Part shown: in pieces, positions 1 to 10,500 of the stretch
How positions within the stretch are numbered: the first letter of the stretch is position 1
How the letters are laid out: each line of letters begins with the position of its first letter
NCBI GenBank assembly: GCA_963725865.1
Contig: CAVSAC010000010.1
Span: forward strand, 416,001 to 480,000
Direction: 5' to 3'
Source: Candidatus Eiseniibacteriota bacterium
Lineage (GTDB): Bacteria > Eisenbacteria > RBG-16-71-46
Length of the DNA stretch: 64,000 bases
The notes under the pieces: model-generated
Database searches by the model: none
Told to the model about the DNA's origin: nothing
Seen by the model: the letters and a program-made list of their open reading frames with translations, nothing else
Program-made: the position numbers and the translations under genes

Positions 1-405
1 CCACGCCGAGGTCGCGAGCGCCGGCAGCGTGAACACCAGCCAGCCCCACGGTACCCCGAGCGCGGCCGGCAGCGCGGCGTAGAACAGCACCCGCGCCGCG
101 GTGGCCGGCTGGCGCACGCGCGCGGTGCCGTGCCGCGATCGCCACCGCGCCAGCAGCGCGGCCAGCACACCGGCGACGCCGAGCGCGTTGCCCCAGCCCC
201 CCGCGAGCGAGCCGCCGGTCGGGCCGATGAGCGCGTAGAACGCGGTCAGCGAAACCGCCACCACCGTGCGCGTCCACGCCGGCGCCGGCACCGCGGCGGG
301 CACGCGGGTGTGGCCCGCCCGCCGCGCGAGCAGGTCCACCACGCCGAAGCACAGGATCAGGGTGCCGGACAGCGAGAATCGCACCCACGGATTGTCGAGC
401 GTCAT
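1..405 (-). CDS. Hypothetical membrane protein (3' end runs off the window)
   Basis: Not in the ORF track. ATG at 405 preceded by a GGGAGG Shine-Dalgarno. Translates as MTLDNPWVRFSLSGTLILCFGVVDLLARR..., with several hydrophobic segments, and stays open to the window edge. Confidence 0.6.
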   Translation of the reverse strand, partial: MTLDNPWVRFSLSGTLILCFGVVDLLARRAGHTRVPAAVPAPAWTRTVVAVSLTAFYALIGPTGGSLAGGWGNALGVAGVLAALLARWRSRHGTARVRQPATAARVLFYAALPAALGVPWGWLVFTLPALATSAW

Positions 406-532
406 GCCGCCTCCCGAAGGACCCGGCGCCGCGGCGGCGCCGTGCGCGGCAGAGAACCCGAAGCGCTCGTTCCAGTCAATCGCGCGCGGAGCAGCCGCGG
501 GCCGCGGGGCGAAGCTGCTAGAGTCCGCATGC

Positions 533-2065
533 ATGCAACCCGCTCCCCGCCCCCGGCCGGCACCGCCCCGGCCCGTGCGCACGCTCGCGATCGCGGCGCT
601 GCTGCTCGCGGCGCTGGCGTGGCCGGTGTGGCACGGCGCGCTCGACTTCTTCTTCGCGCAGGACGACTTCGTGGGTCTCGCGCGCGCCACCGGCCTGCTC
701 CCGCGGCTCGCGGGACCCTGGCGGCTGTGGTCCAACCAGCTCCACTTCGACCTGCTGCTCGCGCTCGGCGGACTCGAGGCGCGCCATTTCCACGCCGCGA
801 ACCTCGCCGCCCACGTGCTCGCCGCGGTCGCGCTGTTCGCCCTGCTCGCGCGCCGGGTCGATGCGATCGCGGCGTTCGCCGGCGCCGCGCTCGTCGTCAC
901 TCACCCGGCCGCGTTCACCGCGCTCCACTGGGTGTCGGCGATCGGCGATCCGCTGGCACTCGCGCTCGCGCTGCTCGCGCTGCTGCTCGCCGAGCGTCCC
1001 GGGCGCATTCGCTGGTGCGCGGTCCCGGTGTTCGCTGCCGCGCTGCTCGCCAAGGAGTCGATCCTGCCGCTGCCGCTGGTCGCGATCGTGGTGCGCCACT
1101 TCGGTCCGCCGCGCGGCGCGCGGGCGGCGGGGCGCGCGCCGCTCGTCCTGCCTCACGAGCTCGCGTTGCTGGCGCTCGCGGCGGCGTACGGCGCGGGGTT
1201 CGTCGCCGCCGACGTGGTGGGCGTGCGGACCGGCGTCGGACGCGAGTCCGCGTACGCGCTGGGGCTCGGAATGGACGCGCTGCGGCACCTGGCGATGCTG
1301 CTCGGCTGGACCGCGAACTTCGTCGTGTTCACGTACCCGGTGCGCTTCGACAACGTCGATCCGCGCGTCTACCCGTGGGCGATCGGGTTCGCGGTCCTGC
1401 TGGCCGCCGGCTGCGCGTCGCGGCCGCTCCGCGCACGCGGCTGGCTGGGCGCGCTGGCGCTCTACCTGCTGTTCCTGCTGCCGGTGCTGCCCTTGCGGCA
1501 CCACGTGTACCGCTACTTCCTGGTCGCGCCGCTGGCGGGAATCGGCTGGGCGCTGGCGGCCGCGCTCGACGCGCTCCCGCTCGGCCGGCGTGCGCTCGGG
1601 ATCGGGGTGGCGCTGTTGGCGGTGGCGCTGGCGGCGAACGGCGCCCTGGTGGTGCGCTGGGCGGAGCGCGCGCCGAGCTCCTTCCCGTACCTGCTCGCCG
1701 ATCCGACCGCCGACCGCGAGCGCATCGCGCGCAATCTGCTCGCGGCGCTCCAGCAGGCGCGCCTGCGGCCCGGCACGCCGCTCGTGTTCCTGGCCCCGCG
1801 GCTGCGCCCCGACTCCGCGACGGCCTCGCCCGCGCGGCTCGCGGGACTGACCGCCTACTTCGAGGACAACCTGCGCAGCGCGATCGCGGATTCGCTCGCG
1901 GTGCGGCTGTTCGTGCCCGCCGCCGGCCCGCTCACGTTCGTGCGACAGGTCGGGCCGGCGCCCCCGCAGGCGCGCTGGGTGCTGTACGCCCCCGACGGCA
2001 CCTGCTGGCTGGGGACGCGTGCGGAGCTGGACTCGCTCGCCGCGCACGGCGCGACGGGGCCGTGA
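533..2065 (+). CDS. Polytopic membrane protein, GT-C/ArnT-like glycosyltransferase superfamily
   Basis: Frame of ORF 266..2065, likely start MQPAPRP at 533. Has a 'FFAQDDF' acidic motif after TM1, 'FHAANLAAH', 'LLAKESI' and many TM helices, as in GT-C-fold proteins. Confidence 0.6.
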   Translation: MQPAPRPRPAPPRPVRTLAIAALLLAALAWPVWHGALDFFFAQDDFVGLARATGLLPRLAGPWRLWSNQLHFDLLLALGGLEARHFHAANLAAHVLAAVALFALLARRVDAIAAFAGAALVVTHPAAFTALHWVSAIGDPLALALALLALLLAERPGRIRWCAVPVFAAALLAKESILPLPLVAIVVRHFGPPRGARAAGRAPLVLPHELALLALAAAYGAGFVAADVVGVRTGVGRESAYALGLGMDALRHLAMLLGWTANFVVFTYPVRFDNVDPRVYPWAIGFAVLLAAGCASRPLRARGWLGALALYLLFLLPVLPLRHHVYRYFLVAPLAGIGWALAAALDALPLGRRALGIGVALLAVALAANGALVVRWAERAPSSFPYLLADPTADRERIARNLLAALQQARLRPGTPLVFLAPRLRPDSATASPARLAGLTAYFEDNLRSAIADSLAVRLFVPAAGPLTFVRQVGPAPPQARWVLYAPDGTCWLGTRAELDSLAAHGATGP

Positions 2066-2069
2066 GCCC

Positions 2070-4361
2070 TCAGTCGACCGCGACCGCCTCGCGCGTGGCG
2101 GGCACCCGCACGGTGGCCGTGACCGGCGCCAGCGCGCGCACCACCAGCAGCGTGATGTCGTCCTGCGGCTCGCGTCCGGCCAGGAAGCGCCGATGGCCCG
2201 CCAGCAGCCGCTCGCCGAACTCGCGCGCGCACAGGTCGCGCGGCAGCGCCTCGGCGAGCGCGAACAGCCGCTCCTCGCCGAACTCCTCGTCGGTCCCGTC
2301 GCGCGCCTCGGTGATGCCGTCGGTGTAGAGCAGCACGACGTCGCCCGGCGCCAGCGCCACCTCGTCGGTCTCGAACGCGCCGTGCTCGAGAATCCCGAGC
2401 GGCACGCCGCCGCGGACCAGGAACTCGCGCCCCCCGCCGTGGCGCAGCAGCACCGGCCAGTTGTGCCCGGCGTTCGAGAACCGCATCGCGAGGCGGTCGC
2501 CCTCGACCCGCGCCAGGAAGAAGGTGGCGAACTCGTTGAGGTCGGTGCTCTGGTAGAGCAGCGTGTTGATGTTGCGCAGGATCGTGTCCAGCCCCATCAC
2601 GCTCGCGGCCTGGGTGCGCAGCGCCGCCTGCAGCATCGCCGACAGCAGCGCCGCGGGCACGCCCTTGCCCGAGACATCGGCGATCGCCACCAGGTGCGCG
2701 CCGTCCCCGGTCGCGACCACGTCGTAGAAGTCCCCGCCCACCTCCTTGGAGGGGATGTAGAACGCGTGGATCTCGACGTGCGGCAACACCGGGAACACCG
2801 AGATCAGCGATGCGCGCTGGATGCGCTGGGCGAGCGCCAGCTCTTCTTCCACGCGCGCCAGCGCCACCCGCTCGCGCAGCAGCAGCGCGTTCTGCAGCGA
2901 CACCGAGACCTGCGCGGCGAGCGTGGTGAGCAGGGTCACGTCCTCGCCGGTGTAGTCGGTGCCCACCAGCTTGGGGCCCAGCAGGATCGCTCCCATCAGG
3001 TCGTCGCGCCAGCGCAGCGGCACCACCAGGTCGATGCCCGGCACGCGCTGGAGCGCGACGCACTCGCTGGTATCGAGCCCCGCGACGCCGTCGGCGCAGC
3101 GCGCGCTCGTCACCTCGGCTCCCACGCGCGGCAGCAGCTCGCGCAGCTGCGCGAGCGACTCGGGCGTCAGGTCGCCTCCCACTCCCGCGCGCGCGAGCAT
3201 GCCTTCGCCGGTGAACGCGACGAGCCACGCGCCGCGCGGCACCAGCGCGCCCGCCAGGGTGCGGATCGTCCGCCCGAGCAGCTCGTCCAGGTCGATCGTG
3301 GTCTGCAGGTCGCGCCCGAGCGCGCGCAGCACGTTGCGGTAGTCGTTCGGGTCGCGCATCAAGATGCGGTCGAGCCACTGCTCGAGGCGGGCGATCAGCG
3401 GCTGGTAGACCGCGAGCGCCAGCACCAGGAACACCGGCCCGAGCACGCGACTGTCGAGCCCGGTGAGGCCCGGCAGCAGGCGGTTGAGCCGCGTCACCAG
3501 CAGCAGGTAGATACCGACCAGGCCCGCGGAGACCAGCGCGTACAGGATGCCGCGGCGCGCGATCAGCCGCGTGTCGAGGAACTTGTGGCGCACGACCGCG
3601 TACGCGATCGACCCGGGCCCGAGCGTCAGCGCGGTGAGCGTGAGCGCCGCCTGCAGGCTGCCGCTGAGCCGCAGGTTCAGCAGCGTCGGCACCGAGGTGG
3701 CCGCGGAATAGAAGGCGAGGCACGCCGAGAGCCCGACCGCGATCACGCGCAGCTGCTGGCGCAGCCGCGGCACGCGCGCGTGGCGGTAGGCGTCGAACAG
3801 CAGCACCATGGTCGCCAGACCAAAGCCCAGGTTCACGAGCGAGAACAGCGCGCGGTGCACGAGCAGGAACAGCTCGACCACCAGCCCGAACACGCTCAGC
3901 AGGGACGCCAGTACCTGCGAGACGCCGTGGCCGCTGAGCTTGAAGTCGGGGTGCCAGAGGCTGAGCGCCAGCGCGAGCCCGAAGTGCACGACGTGCGGCG
4001 CGAACACCAGGGTCTCGAAACCCGGCAGGCCGAACCCCCAGCGCCGCTCCTGCAATCGGCGGATGAACGGCCGCTCCTCAGGGAACGTGCAAGCGAACAG
4101 GAACAGCGTGGGGAAGAAGAACTCCCACACGTACGACATGCTCTGCAGCAGCGGCGCGGTCGCCGCGGCACCCTTGGCGCTCTGGGCGGCCATGAACGAG
4201 AGCGCCGCCAGCACCGCGCCGAAGCCGCCGAAGAACAGCATCAACGCGACGATGCGGTTGAGCCGCTGACCCGGGTTCTCGCGCAGGATCACGAAGCCGA
4301 GCAGGAACACCAGTCCGCCCAGCGAGAGATTCAGCGTCGAGAGCAGGAGGAAGGAGTTCAT
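2070..4361 (-). CDS. Membrane-bound SpoIIE/RsbU-type PP2C serine phosphatase (N-terminal 7TM region + GAF-like domain + PP2C)
   Basis: PP2C motifs VGGDFYD, IADVSGKGVPAAL, NAGH, YTDGITEA and DDIT. Hydrophobic N-terminus and a GAF-like 'LVVPLR...GAILLG' segment. Start MNSFLL at 4361 follows GAGG. Confidence 0.88.
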   Translation of the reverse strand: MNSFLLLSTLNLSLGGLVFLLGFVILRENPGQRLNRIVALMLFFGGFGAVLAALSFMAAQSAKGAAATAPLLQSMSYVWEFFFPTLFLFACTFPEERPFIRRLQERRWGFGLPGFETLVFAPHVVHFGLALALSLWHPDFKLSGHGVSQVLASLLSVFGLVVELFLLVHRALFSLVNLGFGLATMVLLFDAYRHARVPRLRQQLRVIAVGLSACLAFYSAATSVPTLLNLRLSGSLQAALTLTALTLGPGSIAYAVVRHKFLDTRLIARRGILYALVSAGLVGIYLLLVTRLNRLLPGLTGLDSRVLGPVFLVLALAVYQPLIARLEQWLDRILMRDPNDYRNVLRALGRDLQTTIDLDELLGRTIRTLAGALVPRGAWLVAFTGEGMLARAGVGGDLTPESLAQLRELLPRVGAEVTSARCADGVAGLDTSECVALQRVPGIDLVVPLRWRDDLMGAILLGPKLVGTDYTGEDVTLLTTLAAQVSVSLQNALLLRERVALARVEEELALAQRIQRASLISVFPVLPHVEIHAFYIPSKEVGGDFYDVVATGDGAHLVAIADVSGKGVPAALLSAMLQAALRTQAASVMGLDTILRNINTLLYQSTDLNEFATFFLARVEGDRLAMRFSNAGHNWPVLLRHGGGREFLVRGGVPLGILEHGAFETDEVALAPGDVVLLYTDGITEARDGTDEEFGEERLFALAEALPRDLCAREFGERLLAGHRRFLAGREPQDDITLLVVRALAPVTATVRVPATREAVAVD

Positions 4362-4545
4362 CGCCTCTTGGGGGCGAACGGCGCCCGGGGGAGCGGCGGA
4401 ACGAGACCTGCGGGAGTCTTCCATGCCCCGCCGCGTCCGTCCAGCATTCGCCCACGTGGACGGTCGGCGAGCGCGGTACGTTGCCGGCGTCGGACCGGCG
4501 CGGCGTCGAACGTGACCAGCGGGTAGGCCTCCCCCAGCCTCCAGC

Positions 4546-7500
4546 TCAGCGCAGGATCACCACGCGGCGCACCGCCTGCGTTCCCGCCCCCGCGACGCGC
4601 ACCAGGTAGAGCCCCGGAGGCACCCGGCGGCCGCCGTCGTCACGGCCATCCCACAGCAGCGCGTGGCGGCCGGCCGCGAACGATCGCGCGGGGTCGCGGC
4701 GCACCCGCGCGCCGCGCACGTCGAGGACCTCGAGCGTCACCTCCGCAGCGCGCGGCAACTCCAAGCGGAAGGACGCGTTGGCGGGGGTCGGATTGGGGCC
4801 TGCGAAGCGCAGGGCGAAGACCTTCGGCAGCCCCTCCCCGGCCGCCTCGAGCACCGCAGGGTCCGAGAGCCACGACCACGCGAGTGCCGCGCCCGACCTG
4901 CCCGTGACCTCGACTCGCACGCTCGCGGCAGGCGCGTCCGGCCACGCCAGCGCCGTGTGCCGCTCGGCGAGCCCGAGCGCCCACGGCCGCCACGTGTGCC
5001 CGCCATCCAGCGAGAGCCACACGTCCCAGCCGCTCGCCGCCACGCCGGGCGGATCGTCCCAGTCGAGCGCGAGCGGCGCGCCGGTGCGGACCCGCACGGT
5101 GTCGCCGCCCGTGCCGAGCGCACGCAGCGGGCCGGCGTCGAGGCGCGGCTGCGGCAGCGCCACCGAGTCGCGCGCGATCACCCAGGCGCGCGCGCTGTCC
5201 TCGACCGCCACGGTCAGCGCGCCGCCCGCCGCCTGGGCGGCCGCGCGCGCGGCGAACAGGTCGAACGCGAACGACCAGGTGCCCGCCGGCCCCGCGCGCG
5301 GCGGAACGGAGACGTCACCGATCCACGCCGCGAGCGGCCGCACCAGCGTGCCCCCGGGTGCGCCGACGCGCAGCGAGTCGCCGAGCAGCGCGGCCGCGAG
5401 CGGCGGCGGCGGCAGCGCGAACGCGGCGCGCTCGAGCGCCACGTCGAGCGCGCACGCGACCGCCCGCACCGGATGCGCCGGATCGTCGGACACGATGCGC
5501 ACCTCGCCGCGGTAGCGGGCCGAGTCGCGGTCGGCCGCGCGCAGCGTGACGCGCACGCTGTCGACGCCGCCGGGCGCCACGGTGCCCGAGTCGCGCGCGA
5601 GCGCCAGCCACGGCTCCACCCGGGCGAGGCGCACGCGCAGACCGTCGTGCAGGTAGCCGGCGTTCGCGACCACCTGCAGCCCGACCGTGCGGCTGGAGTC
5701 CTGGAGTCCCACGGTCGCGCTGGTGCGCACGCTTCCGAGGCGCAGGTACTGCAGGTCGATGTCACCACTGGGGCGCAGCACGACCTGGTAGGTCGAGGGC
5801 CCTCCCCCGCCGACGCGCGGCACGTCGCGGAACGTGACCACGAAGCGCTGCGGATTGCCGTCCCAGTCGGCCCCGCCCCCACCGATCGGCGGGTCGAAGC
5901 TCTGGTCGTCCCAGAACACCGCGATCAGGTTCTCGGGCACCGCCGCGCCCGCGTTGGGCAGCCCGGTGTTGGTGAACGTGGTCCGCGTGCTGGTGAACGA
6001 CAGCCAGCCGTTCGAGCACACGTTCACGTGGTCGAACGTGCGCCCGTAGAACGGGAAGAGAAATGGCAGCGGGATGCCCGTCAGCGTCTCGTCGTCCTCG
6101 ACGAACGGGAGCCGCGTGGTGCCCGGCGTCGCCGCTTCCCACGCGAACGGCGGACCGCCCGGCTCGTCGCTGTCGGTCCACGCGTAGCCGAACGGATCCG
6201 GCCCGCCGGTGCCGAGCGCGCCCGCCGCTCCGGGATCGCCCTTGGCGTCCTCGCGCTCGAGCGGCGCGCCGGACGCGATGGCGGGACCGAGCCGTGCGGT
6301 CGCGCTCCAGTGCAGCGGGCTCGCCCCTGGATTGCGCACCAGCACCACGCGCTCGCGCTCGCGCGCGGCCGCGACCGTGCCGCGCGCGGCCACGCTCGCG
6401 AGCGTGCCGGGGGCGACGTCGGCGAGCGGCGGATCGAGCGCCACTCCGGCGAGCGGGATGTCCACCCGCGGGTTGGCGGGATCGTCGCCGGCGAGTCCGA
6501 GCACCCCCGCGAGCGTGCCGGGCCCCGCGGGCGCGAACCTCACCTGCACGGTGCGCTCGGCGAGTGGCGGCACCGCGAACTTGGCGGGCTCCACGCTCAC
6601 GCGCGCGTCGGCGATCGCCGGCGTGGTCACGTGCAGCGTGTCGGTGCCGGGATTGCGCACCGCGAGCGGCAGCGTGCGCGGCCAGCCGGCGTACGTGACG
6701 CCGAAGTCGAGCGCGGCCGGGCTCACGCGCAGCTCCGGCGCGCCGCTCACCGTGAGGGCGGCCGGCACGTGGATGACGGGGCGCTGCGGATCGTCGCCGG
6801 CGATGCGCACCGCCCCGCGGTACACCCCGCCGAACAGCGCGGCCGCGTCGACGTGGAGCGTCAGGTCGGTCGACTGTCCAGCGGGCAGCAGGCCCTGGTC
6901 CGGGGTGATCGTGAGCCAGCGCAGCGGCGGATGGAACCGCACCACCATGCTGTCACGCAGGTAGGCCGCGTTCATCACCACCTGGAGCCCGTCGTCCCGC
7001 GCGGCGTCCTGGATGCCGACGGTCGCGCTGGAGAGCACGGCGGCGCGCAGCGCGAGGTAGCGGTATTCCAGCGAGCCGTCGGGGAACAGCACGATTTCGA
7101 ACGTGTTCGGCCGCGTCGACTCGCCGGAGCCGAAGCGCGGCACCTCCTGGTACTGGATCACGCAATGCTGCGGATCGGAGCGCACCCACACGCGGCGCTG
7201 CGGTCCGAACACCAGGTCGTCCCAGAACACCGCGAGCAGGTTCTCGGGCGCGCCCGCCGAGTTGCTCGGCAGCGGCGTGTTCGCCGGCGTGACGCGCGTG
7301 GAGTCGGTGAAGGACACCCAGCCGTTCGTGCACACGCGCAGCCGGCGCTGCGGGATACCGTAGAACGGGAAGTCGAAGCCGATCGGGATCGGATCGCTGA
7401 GCGCGTCGTCGCCGCCGAGCGCGATGCGGGTGCCGAAGGCGCGCACGTCCTCCCACGTGAACGCGGGACCGCCGGTGGCGGCGCCGTCGCGCCAGGTGTT

Positions 7501-10500
7501 GCCGAACGCGTCCGGACCTCCGCTGGCGAACGACGTGATCGGCGCGAGCACCGCGGCCGCCGGCGGGCGCGCCACGCGGGCGGGCGGCGCTCCGGGCACG
7601 TCGTCGGGCACCGCGTCGACCGAGAACGTGTAGGGCCCGGCGCCCAGGTTGGTGAGCCGCACCGTGGTGTCGAGCGTCGCGTTGCTGGCGAGCGCGACCG
7701 CGACCGACTCGGGCGCCACGCGCACGCTCGGCGCCGGCACCGCGCGGCCCGCGAGCGGGATCGGATACACGGGCGTGTCGGGATCGTCGCTCGCGACCTC
7801 GAGCAGCGCGTCCAGCGTGTCCGCCGTCGGGGCCACGAACCGGACCAGCAGCGGGAAGGACTGTCCGGCCGCCAGCGCGGCCGGCGCTGAATCCACCTGG
7901 ATGCGTGGATCGATGGAGCGGATGGCCCCGAGGTGCAGCGTGTCGGTTCCGACGTTCGCCAGCGTCACCGCCCGCTCCACCGTGGCGCCCGCGAACGGCG
8001 AGCCGAAGTCCAGCGTGCGCGGCCGCGCCACCAGGTCGGGGGCACCGTGGACCTCGAGGCGCACCGGCACCTCGGCCTGCGGACGCGCGCGATCGTTCGT
8101 GAGCACGCGCACGCTGCCCCGGTACACGCCGGCGAGCAGCCCGGACGCGGCGAAGCGCACGGCGGGCGTGTCGGCGAGCCCCGCGCGCACGCGGCCGGCG
8201 CTCGGCTCGAGCGTGAGCCACTGCGGGACCGGGACGATGCGCACCGTCAGGCTGTCGTGCAGGTACGGCGCGTTGAACACCACGCCCAGACCGGAACTGT
8301 GGTCGGCGTTCTGGATCCCCGCGGTGGCGCTCGCGCGCGGCTCGCCGAGCGCCAGGTACTGGAAGCGGATCTCGCCGTTCGCCTCGAGGATCGCCTCGAA
8401 CGTGTATGGCCCGCCGCCGGCGTAGTGCGTCGGCCCCACCCACGCGACGGTGAAGCGCCCCGGCTCCTTCAGCGTCCACACCCGGTACTCGGTGCCGAAG
8501 TCGAGGTCGTCCCAGAACGGCGCGACCAGGTCGGGCGGTCCGGCCGAGGTCGGCAGCGGCTGGTTCGAGTAGAACGGCGAGGTGTCGGCGAACGACAGGA
8601 ACCCGTTCGTACACACCCGCAGCTGGGTGACGCGGCGGTCGTAGAACGGGAACTCGAAGCCGATGTCGAGGGGCGGGGAGATCACGTCGTCGCCGCCCAT
8701 CTGCAGTACCTCGCCCGCCGTGGTCGCGTCCACCCACGCGAAGCGCGGGCCGTCGGACTGGTCGCTGTCGACCCAGCGATAGCCGAACGCGTCGGGCCCG
8801 CCGCGGCCGAAGACCTGCGGCGGCCCTGCGGGGCCGTCCTCGCCCTTGGCGGCCGGCACCGGATCCGGCGGGACCTGGGCCGCGAACAGCAACTCCGGCA
8901 GCGGCACGTTCCAGTCGAGCGTGCCCTGCGCCACGTTCCCGATCGAGAGGGCGCCGGTGGTCACGCCTCCCACCTCGAGGACCGCGGCGAGCGAGTCGGG
9001 CGCGAGCGCGAGGGCGGGCGGCCCGGCGGTGGTGCCGGTGACGAGGTTCGAGACCGGCCCCGGATTGCCACGCTCGTCGCGCGCGCGTAGGGCGAACCAG
9101 TACGTCGAGTCGGGTCCCAGGCCGCCGACCTCGAAGCGTTCGGGGCTGCCCGACGGCAGCGGGTCCGGTCCCGCCACCGCGCGCGCCGCGGCGAAGTTCG
9201 CCTCCGTGATGGGAGACGAGCTCACCCGGATGTCGTACGACGAGGCGCGGCCGGCCAGGCTGTCGTCTCCGCTCGCGGTCCAACTCAGCGTGGCGAAGTC
9301 GGATCCGAGGTCCACGATCGCCACGTCGCGGATCGCGGCCGGCCCGACGCTGTCGGGATCGGCGATCGCCAGCAGCGCGTTCAGCCGGCCGCCGGTGCGG
9401 CAGGCGCCCTCGAGTGCCCCGAGCGTGTCGGCCGCGGCGAGCAGCCGGCTCTTCACCTGGATCGCGTCGAGCTGCGGCAGCCGTCCCCAGAGCAGCGCGG
9501 CGGCGCCGGTCACGTGCGGGCACGCCATCGAGGTGCCCGACAGCACCCTCCAGCCGCCGCCGGGAGCGAGCGAGAGGATGTTGCTGCCGGGCGCCGCGAG
9601 GTCGACGGTGGTGGCGCCGAAGTTCGAGTACGGCGCGAGCTGGTCGCGATCGTCGGTGGCGGCGACCGCGATGACCCAGGGCCGATCGAACCCCGACGGA
9701 TAGTTGGGCACCACGTCGTTGTCGCTCGCCGAGTTTCCCGCCGCCGCCACCAGCAGCTGGCCCGCGAGCCCCACCGCGTCGACCGCGTCCTGCAGCGCCT
9801 GCGAGAACGCGCCCCCGCCCCACGAGTTGTTGGTGATGCGCACGCCGACGCGCAGCGCGTACTGGAGCGCGGCCACCGCGCCCGACGTGGTGCCGGTGCC
9901 GCCCGCCCCGAGGAACTTGATCGGCACCAGCTGCGCGCGCCAGCACACGCCGGTGACGCCGCGCCCGTCGTCGCCGCGCGCCGCGATGATGCCCGCCACG
10001 TGCGAGCCATGGCCGTTGTCGTCGAACGGATCGCCGTCGTTGTTGTAGACGTCGTAGCCGTGCACGTCGTCGATGTAGCCGTCGCCGTCGTCGTCGAGGC
10101 CGTTGCCCGGGATCTCGCCCGGATTCGTCCAGACGTTGGCGGCGATGTCCGGGTGGGTGTAGTCGAGCCCGGTGTCGATCACGCCGATCCGCAGCGTCGA
10201 GTCGCCGGTGAAGACGTCCCACGCGGTGGTCGCGCGGATGTCGGCGCCGGGACGTCCGCCGGTCTGCCCGCTGTTGTGGAGGGACCACTGGCGCGCGAAC
10301 AGCGAATCGCTCGGCGTGACGCTCGCCCGCCACACGTAGTCGGGCTCCGCCCACTGGACGCGAGCGTCGCCCCGCAGCCGCGCGACCGTGCTCGCGACCG
10401 CGCCGGCCGGCACCTCGAGCAGCTCGGCGTCGATGAACGCGTAGCGCGCTCGCGGCACCGCCGCCACGCTGGTGCGCGCCGCCGCCCGCGCGCTCGCCGC

